A stretch of DNA of 63,685 nucleotides, filler included, from Candidatus Nanoarchaeia archaeon (GTDB taxonomy: Archaea > Nanobdellota > Nanobdellia > Woesearchaeales > DATDTY01), in assembly GCA_035290625.1 (NCBI GenBank). It is 4 parts of 4 records of this genome, joined end to end, with 100 filler letters (N's around TTAATTAATTAA, not from the genome) between each part and the next. Parts side by side here need not be neighbours in the genome. Positions count along the whole stretch, not along the records: positions 57,051 to 63,685 come from DATDTY010000035.1; 3 more parts are not named here. One strand, given 5' to 3'. Position numbers and translations under genes: made by a program. How positions within the stretch are numbered: the first letter of the stretch is position 1; the number at the start of each line of letters is the position of its first letter. Positions 57,301 through 63,685 of the stretch are shown here, one piece after another. The notes beneath the pieces are model-generated. The model was not told where the DNA came from. It did no database searches and worked only from the letters and a program-made list of their open reading frames with translations.

Positions 57301-57361
57301 CAACTCACCTCAATACCCCTTAGCACCAACTCACCTCAATACCCCTTAGCACCAACTCACC
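57301..57361 (+). repeat. 26-bp tandem repeat (~2.3 copies)
   Basis: CAACTCACCTCAATACCCCTTAGCAC x2 + partial copy. Confidence 0.85.
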
Positions 57362-57403
57362 CCCAAACCAAATCAACACGAAAACAAGCACCAAAGAGGC
57401 TTC

Positions 57404-57601
57404 ATGGCAGTCAAGTTTTCAGGCAAGGCAAGGCTCACAAAGCAGGGCCAGGTGACCTTGCCTGCAGAGTCAAGGCAGAACCTCAAGATTCAGCCTGAGT
57501 CAGACGTTTTCTGGTATCGGGGAGATGGTTTTCTGATTGTGACGAAGGAGCTTATGAATGAAAAGGATCTTGAGTCAGCCATCAAAGGAGGGAAGAAGTA
57601 A
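57404..57601 (+). CDS. AbrB/MazE/SpoVT-family DNA-binding protein
   Basis: RLTKQGQVTLPAESRQNLKI. Confidence 0.85.
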   Translation: MAVKFSGKARLTKQGQVTLPAESRQNLKIQPESDVFWYRGDGFLIVTKELMNEKDLESAIKGGKK

Positions 57602-59364
57602 TGCCATTCAGCAACCTGCTCGGCCTGTATGCTCTTCTCAGCCTTGTCCCTTTCATCATCATGTACTTGATCCGCTCGCGGCCTATCGAAAAGATCATCC
57701 CTTCTTTGATGTTCTTTCTGAAGGAGCAAAAAAAGGCAAAACACCATGCCTTTTTCCGGAGGCTTGTCCAAAACCTGCTTTTTTACCTCCAGCTGGCAAT
57801 CCTCCTGCTCCTCTCATTTGCAGTTGCTGAGCCGTATCTGAAAATCCCCCATGACGAGGCAGCGACCAATACAGTGATCATCATTGATGGATCTGCAAGC
57901 ATGCAGGCATTGTCAGGCGGATCGACGCGCTTCCAGAAGGCTGTGGAGGCTGCCGTTGCCCAGCTGTCCGGAAAGGTCTCTATCATCCTTGCGACAGACG
58001 TGCCGCAAGTGATGCTGCATCAGGGCTCGAATCGGGAGGCAAGATCTGTGCTCTCCAGCATTCGTGCTGCAGACAGCTCGACCAGCATCGAGCCAGCTAT
58101 GTTCCAGGCAGATGCCCTTCTTGGAGAGGAAAAGGGCAAGATTGTGGTCATCAGCGATTTTGTGACAACAGATGAGAGGGACCAGCCGATCAAGGCAGAA
58201 CGCATTCTCGCAGCCAAGGGCAATTCTGTGCAGTTCGTGAATATTGGAGACAAAGCATCCAACCTCGGCATTGTTGATATGGATGTTGGCAGAAAGGAAA
58301 CCATGATCACACTCAAGAATGCAGATACAAAAAAAGCATCCCTCAAGCTGGTTGCAAAGCAGTCTGGAGCAGTCATAGGGGCCAAAGACGTCGAGGTCCT
58401 TCCAAATTCCCTTGAATTTGTGTCATTCGCCACCCCTCCTGGCGAATCCACGATCGAAATAGACGCCAAAGACAGCCTTCCCCTGGATAATCTTGTATAC
58501 CTGGTCACACCTGAGAAGAGCAAGACGAGTGTGCTGCTGATAACCAATGAGAGGGGCTCCTATCTTGAGTACGCCTTATCGGCATCTGACCGGATTAACT
58601 TAGAGATCAGAAATCCTCCGGTCACGAAAGCCTACGACTTGCACCATGATATAATCATCATCAGCAATATCAAAGAAGTCATCATCCCTCCTGATGTCCT
58701 GGATATCCAAAAGGCAGTGGAGAACGGAACAAGCCTTATTATCGCAGCCCAGCCAAACCTGAATGACAGGAACCTGAACTCCTTGCTTCCCGTCCGCATC
58801 CTTGAGCGCTCTGGCCACACATCAGTAAGTATCGATGTCGTCAATGAGATTACAAAAAACGTGGAGATTGGAGATGTTAAGCAGCATCTTGCAGCCCAGG
58901 CGTTGAACTCAACTATCACCCTTGCAACAGCAAACGACCAGAGCCCGATTCTCGCTTTGCAGCAGGGAAAAGCAGCCTCAATATTCTATTATGGAGTCAT
59001 TGACAGCGAGTCAGACTTTCCAAAAACGCATTACTACCCCCTCTTCTGGGACAACCTGATTAGCGTCCTTACGCAGAAAGAGGACATCACCGGCCTCAAC
59101 AGGAGGATAGGAGATGCAGGCTTCCTCGAATATCCGAAGCAGGGAATCTATGACATAGGAGGAAAACGGATAGCCCTAAACCTTCTCAATGAGAAAGAGT
59201 CTACAATCACCAGCGAGACCGATATCTTCTCCCGCCATGAGGATTTCCAGGTTCGCTCCACCATCAGCCGCCAGAACTATGAGCTTGCGGTTCCGCTGCT
59301 TCTCGCAGCCCTGGCATTCCTCTTCCTTGAGATTATCTATATCAAATGGAGGGGTGATGCCTAA
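57601..59364 (+). CDS. BatA-domain + vWA-domain membrane protein
   Basis: N-terminal BatA-like TM pair (PSLMF, AEPY), MIDAS DGSAS, VVISDF; C-terminal TM. Confidence 0.85.
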   Translation: MPFSNLLGLYALLSLVPFIIMYLIRSRPIEKIIPSLMFFLKEQKKAKHHAFFRRLVQNLLFYLQLAILLLLSFAVAEPYLKIPHDEAATNTVIIIDGSASMQALSGGSTRFQKAVEAAVAQLSGKVSIILATDVPQVMLHQGSNREARSVLSSIRAADSSTSIEPAMFQADALLGEEKGKIVVISDFVTTDERDQPIKAERILAAKGNSVQFVNIGDKASNLGIVDMDVGRKETMITLKNADTKKASLKLVAKQSGAVIGAKDVEVLPNSLEFVSFATPPGESTIEIDAKDSLPLDNLVYLVTPEKSKTSVLLITNERGSYLEYALSASDRINLEIRNPPVTKAYDLHHDIIIISNIKEVIIPPDVLDIQKAVENGTSLIIAAQPNLNDRNLNSLLPVRILERSGHTSVSIDVVNEITKNVEIGDVKQHLAAQALNSTITLATANDQSPILALQQGKAASIFYYGVIDSESDFPKTHYYPLFWDNLISVLTQKEDITGLNRRIGDAGFLEYPKQGIYDIGGKRIALNLLNEKESTITSETDIFSRHEDFQVRSTISRQNYELAVPLLLAALAFLFLEIIYIKWRGDA

Positions 59365-61797
59365 TTGGCGCTTGAAATCGTCCTCCCCTTCAAGATCGAG
59401 CATCCTCAATACCTGCTGGCAGCCATCCCACTCATCATCCTTGCCATCTATCTGCTGAAACGAAAGGCAGCAAAGTTCCGGAGCAAGCTTGATGAGATTC
59501 AATTCGAGAAGCAGAGCAGGAGCCTCCGCAGGTTTCTCATCCTGAGCAGGACACTCCTCATTATCCTGCTTCTCATTGCCCTCAGCTCGCCATTCTCCAC
59601 CAAAGAACGCACAATAACAGGCGATTATTCGCTTACGATACTCTCCGAAGAATCAACCTCAATGCAATTGTTTGAAGAAGGCCTGGCTGAACAGGTAAGG
59701 GGCAGGGTCATCAACAGCATACCGGCAAAAATCGAGCAGATCGCATATGGCAATGATTCCTCTATTGCTGAGGGCCTGCTGAATCACATGCAGGGCGACG
59801 ATAACATCTTCCTTGTGACCGATGGAAACACCAACGGAGAGAAAAGCCTTGATGACATCATTCTCCTGGCCAAATCCTTAAACTCCACCATCTCTCTGCT
59901 CGAGATGAGCCCGATTAAGGATGACACCTCGCTCAGGCTTGAAGGAGAGCCAGAAATCCTCTTTGGCACAGACTACACCTATTATATTGATGTGCAGCAG
60001 GTCGGAAGCCCAAGGCCGTATACTGTTGAGCTCTATGTCGATGGCGAGCTGATCTACCAGACCTCAGGTTTAGGCCCAGCTTCCTTTGAGCACACACCCC
60101 AAAAGCTTCTGCTTGACGGGTTCCACCAGATCGAAGCCCGTCTCGTGATTCAAAACGATTACTTCCGTGAGAACAACCAGTTCTTCAAGGTCGTCAGGGT
60201 ATATCCAAAGCCAGACGTGCTCCTTGTGACCCTAAATGAGGATTCAAAATACGAGAGGTTGCTTCAGAACATCTATACACTGGCTATCAGAAAAAGCATC
60301 CCTGCTGATCTTTCCCAGTTTGGCGCCATTATCCTTGACGACATCCCTGGTGCGTTGCTCTCGCCCGATATTGACAAGCTCAGCTCGTATGTCAGCGACG
60401 GAAACGGCCTTCTTGTTTCAGGAGGCCCAAACTCCTATGATCGGGGCGGCTATAAAGACTCCCTTCTTGAAACCCTCTTGCCAGTGGTTGTCGGGGTCGC
60501 AGGAAAGGAGGAGAGCGAGCAGGATATTAATGTAGTCCTTGTGATCGACATCTCAGGAAGCTCGACATTCTCTTTTGCAGGAGACAAAGGCTCATCCAAG
60601 ATCAGCATCCAGAAAGCCCAGGCGCTGGATATCCTCGGCCAGCTTGGCGATGATGTAAGAGTTGGGGCAGTTGCCTTTGATTCCAATGGGTATTACATCA
60701 CCACAAGCCTGCTGCCCAAGTTCGAGCAGCAAGGCCTTAATGACAGCATTGTGAACATCAAAGCAGATCCGAAGGCAGGAACTGTCATCTACGAGGGCCT
60801 TGACAAGGCTGACCTGCTGCTGAGAAAGGCAAAAGGCTCAAAGAACATCATCCTGATCTCTGACGGAATTGTGTCCCGGGGAGTTAGCCAGAGCACCCTC
60901 ACCAAGGTGATCAGCCTTGCAAACCGCGGAGTCAGGATATACCCTGTCGGCATCGGAGAGGATACTGATGTCGAATTCATGAAAAGGCTGGCGTATGATG
61001 GCAAAGGCGTGTTCTTCCAGCCCAAGGAAACGCAAAAGCTTGCATTGCTGTTCAAGAAAGACGACAGCTCGCAGGAACTTGCAGGGAATGAGCTCCTTGT
61101 CCTGAATAGCAATGATTTCATCACCCAGAATCTTGAGCTTCAGGGAACAATCTCCGGTTTCAACCAGGTTGCTCCTAAGCCCACCGGCAGGCCTTTGGTG
61201 ATCACCAACAGGATTTACCCCGTTGTTACAACATGGAGGTTCGGCCTTGGCCGTGTGGTAAGCATTGCAACAAGCCCGGATATCTGGGCAGGAAGCCTTC
61301 TGAGCAAGAAGAACTCAGAGCTTCTCACCCGAAGCCTCAACTGGGCCATTGGCGATCCTTCCAGGGTCAAGGAGTTTGACGTCAAGACAACAGATACCTA
61401 TATAAACAAAGGGACCGATATTGTAGTCATTTCAGAAAACCCAGTAAGCAAGGAAGGCATGACATTCGCCAAGGTCGGAAGCAAGGCATACCGTGCCAGG
61501 TTTGTCCCAAAAACTGCAGGCTTCCAGGATTTTTTTGGCGGCAAGGCAGCAGTGAATTATCCTGAAGAGTACTACGCCATTGGCCTGAACCCCAAGCTTC
61601 CCACCCTGGCCAGCATTACCGGCGGCAAGACATTTACTCTCGCAAATTCGAGCCAGCTGATTGATTTTGTCAAGGAGACCAGCAAGCGGAGAAAGACCGA
61701 TTTTACCTATTTCCGCTGGCCGTTCATTGTTGCTAGCCTTATCATTTTCCTCATTGAAATCCTGGTGAGGAGGATCCACGAAAACGCAAACAGGTGA
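59365..61797 (+). CDS. vWA-domain membrane protein with a class I glutamine-amidotransferase-like domain
   Basis: GLLVSGGPNSY...LETLLPV, MIDAS DISGS, ILISDG, WRFGLGRV. Confidence 0.8.
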   Translation: MALEIVLPFKIEHPQYLLAAIPLIILAIYLLKRKAAKFRSKLDEIQFEKQSRSLRRFLILSRTLLIILLLIALSSPFSTKERTITGDYSLTILSEESTSMQLFEEGLAEQVRGRVINSIPAKIEQIAYGNDSSIAEGLLNHMQGDDNIFLVTDGNTNGEKSLDDIILLAKSLNSTISLLEMSPIKDDTSLRLEGEPEILFGTDYTYYIDVQQVGSPRPYTVELYVDGELIYQTSGLGPASFEHTPQKLLLDGFHQIEARLVIQNDYFRENNQFFKVVRVYPKPDVLLVTLNEDSKYERLLQNIYTLAIRKSIPADLSQFGAIILDDIPGALLSPDIDKLSSYVSDGNGLLVSGGPNSYDRGGYKDSLLETLLPVVVGVAGKEESEQDINVVLVIDISGSSTFSFAGDKGSSKISIQKAQALDILGQLGDDVRVGAVAFDSNGYYITTSLLPKFEQQGLNDSIVNIKADPKAGTVIYEGLDKADLLLRKAKGSKNIILISDGIVSRGVSQSTLTKVISLANRGVRIYPVGIGEDTDVEFMKRLAYDGKGVFFQPKETQKLALLFKKDDSSQELAGNELLVLNSNDFITQNLELQGTISGFNQVAPKPTGRPLVITNRIYPVVTTWRFGLGRVVSIATSPDIWAGSLLSKKNSELLTRSLNWAIGDPSRVKEFDVKTTDTYINKGTDIVVISENPVSKEGMTFAKVGSKAYRARFVPKTAGFQDFFGGKAAVNYPEEYYAIGLNPKLPTLASITGGKTFTLANSSQLIDFVKETSKRRKTDFTYFRWPFIVASLIIFLIEILVRRIHENANR

Positions 61798-62285
61798 TTC
61801 CCATGGCATTTATGAAACAAAACGTGAATCTTGGGCTGCTGCTGCTGATTATAGTAGTCATGATCAGCTTTACAGGCTTTACTGTCTTTTACCAGAAGAC
61901 ATTTGAAGGCCTCAGCCAGGACTATAACACGCGCGTTGGAGAAGTAAGGAATCTTGTCTCAACTCTCCAGTCTGAAAAGGTGAGGCTCAACCAGACAAGC
62001 TTTCAGCTCAAGCTGAAGGAGGAACGCGAGCAATCCCTGAGCGAGAAATACACAGAGCTGAATGCTATCAAGGAAGGCTTAGTTGAGGACAAATCCAGAT
62101 TAACAGGAGAACTGCTCAATACGAAAAATCAGCTTACCCAGGCGCAGGCAGATGTCGCAGCGAAGGATGTTCAGATATCAGGCCTGAACCAGGAAATCAC
62201 AGATCTCAATAGCGATGTCCGCAGGTGGAAGGCAAGGGCTGACCAGGCTGAGGCAAACCTGGCAACATGCGAGGCTGGACCATGA
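61794..62285 (+). CDS. Membrane-anchored coiled-coil protein
   Basis: N-terminal TM followed by a heptad-rich region. Confidence 0.7.
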   Translation: MIPMAFMKQNVNLGLLLLIIVVMISFTGFTVFYQKTFEGLSQDYNTRVGEVRNLVSTLQSEKVRLNQTSFQLKLKEEREQSLSEKYTELNAIKEGLVEDKSRLTGELLNTKNQLTQAQADVAAKDVQISGLNQEITDLNSDVRRWKARADQAEANLATCEAGP

Positions 62286-62307
62286 AGAGAGCCATGAAGA
62301 TACGACG

Positions 62308-63105
62308 ATGAAGCGCTACATAATCCTGCTGAATGAAATAAATTTCGTATTCAACAATCTCATCGTATTTCAGAATCTGCTTGCAAGCATCGTGCTCTTT
62401 TTGGCCATGTACATGCTGTTCAGCATCTTCAGGATCCCAAGTTCGCTCTCGATTGTGCTTGCCATCCTCTATTTCATCTTCTCAACCTACTCCTGGATTA
62501 GGCGAAGGTATGTGCTCTTGATTGAATCAAAGTATCCTGCCCTCAACGAGCGTCTCCGCACAGCTGATGACAACAAATTCCTTGAAAACCCCGTTGCCCA
62601 GGAGCTGGAGGACGAGATTATTGCTAAGGTCAGAGACGTGCATACCTCAGAATTTCTCGACATCAAAAAGAGCTCTCTTAAGATCTTCTCAGCCCTGCTG
62701 CTGGGATTTCTGATCGTCTTCATTGCATCAATGGACTTTCACATTGATCTCAGCTGGCTCCGCGACCAGATTCCCAAGTTTGTGTACAGGGAAGGGGGCA
62801 GCGTCATTGGCGACGGCCCTGCCGGCAATGTCCGTTCAGGCGGCCAGGGATTTGCAGAGAATATATTTGGTGATGAGGAGGTTGCAGAGCTCAGCAGCAG
62901 CCTTACTGCGGCCATCCATGTCTCAGGCTATGAGCTTACGATTGATGACCTCCAGCCTCCCCAGGCCAGGGATTTCACGCCGCTCTTCCCTACTGAGGTT
63001 TTCGGAGAGTCTGCAGAAAGCTTCGAGGAGAACATCCCAAAAGACCAGCAGGAGGTCGTGAAGAATTACTTCAATGAGATAACAAAAGATAATAAATTAA
63101 CATGA
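62308..63105 (+). CDS. Hypothetical membrane protein of the vWA/MoxR operon
   Basis: Three TM segments; IESKYPALNERLRTA and C-terminal IPKDQQEVVKNYF motifs. Confidence 0.65.
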   Translation: MKRYIILLNEINFVFNNLIVFQNLLASIVLFLAMYMLFSIFRIPSSLSIVLAILYFIFSTYSWIRRRYVLLIESKYPALNERLRTADDNKFLENPVAQELEDEIIAKVRDVHTSEFLDIKKSSLKIFSALLLGFLIVFIASMDFHIDLSWLRDQIPKFVYREGGSVIGDGPAGNVRSGGQGFAENIFGDEEVAELSSSLTAAIHVSGYELTIDDLQPPQARDFTPLFPTEVFGESAESFEENIPKDQQEVVKNYFNEITKDNKLT

Positions 63106-63304
63106 AATCCAATAATGAACTCCAATATATGTAAATATGCAAATAATGAAAAAATGAAAAACCAACAATCCTTAAGATTGAAACTGCAATCAACCAATAT
63201 TGAACCCTAATCATACACATCAAAAATAAGAATCCCCATCAAAAACCAATCAAATAAAAAATGAAACACCAGAAACAAAGAATAAGCTCTTATGGAGGTG
63301 CACA

Positions 63305-63685
63305 ATGAAAAACTACAAGGAAACCTTTGAAGAGGTTTTGAAAGAGGTTAATAAGGCAGTCATTGGCCAGGACAAGGTGATTGAGCAGGTCCTTATCGCC
63401 GTGCTCTGTGATTCCCATGCGCTGCTTGAGGGCTATCCTGGCCTTGCAAAGACCCTGCTTGTCCGGACTTTGGCTGACATCATGGATCTGAAGTTCAGCA
63501 GGATCCAGAGCACGCCTGACCTGATGCCCTCAGATATCACCGGGACGTATATTATCGAGGAAGACCGGGGAAAAAGGCAGTTCAAGTTCCAGCCTGGCCC
63601 TATCTTTGCCAATATTGTGCTCGCAGACGAGATCAATCGGGCAACCCCCAAGACGCAGTCAGCCATGCTTGAGGCAATGCAGGAG
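63305..63685 (+). CDS. MoxR-family AAA+ ATPase (runs off the window end; not in the ORF track)
   Basis: Hand translation VIGQDKV...[11 protein letters not shown]...[15 protein letters not shown]...[30 protein letters not shown]. Confidence 0.93.
   Translation, partial: MKNYKETFEEVLKEVNKAVIGQDKVIEQVLIAVLCDSHALLEGYPGLAKTLLVRTLADIMDLKFSRIQSTPDLMPSDITGTYIIEEDRGKRQFKFQPGPIFANIVLADEINRATPKTQSAMLEAMQE

Noticed and set aside
57301..57361. Possible CRISPR array
   Set aside because: Head-to-tail 26-bp repeat with no spacers, and no cas genes in the window.
63106..63300. A-rich intergenic region with recurring AATAATGAA
   Set aside because: Low-complexity sequence without regular period or structure.
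417..63666. Numerous antisense or alternate-frame ORFs in the track
   Set aside because: They are shadows of well-supported genes and have no recognisable motifs.

Overview
Archaeal DNA, most likely from a DPANN/Woesearchaeota-like genome. Evidence: PolD, Cdc6/Orc1, MCM, TBP, TFE, aIF2-beta, L44e, L37e, AglB, an S-layer protein and a bacterial-type AspRS. The window is four contigs joined by artificial N-run/TTAATTAATTAA linkers (about 16325-16424, 43269-43368 and 56951-57050), so gene order across these joins is not evidence. Most genes are housekeeping: a replication/transcription cluster around a probable oriC, RNA processing, and surface glycosylation. Also present are two PIN toxin-antitoxin pairs, a 1422-aa Cys-rich secreted protein, an IS481 element, an IS630 fragment and a vWA/MoxR operon. 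The main unexplained signal is a dispersed family of ~160-207 bp non-coding fold-back elements: 10 full or gap-truncated copies plus 2 fragments. They have GG(C)...(G)CC ends, 9-bp target-site duplications, copy-specific compensatory stems, tandem GA pairs, GNA mini-hairpins and a length-conserved but sequence-variable ~19x19-nt internal bubble. Other notable RNA signals are a tRNA-Leu with two introns followed by tandem copies of its own 3' end, a tRNA-Gln interrupted in the T-loop, and a dual-guide box C/D sRNA predicted to target the 23S A-loop.
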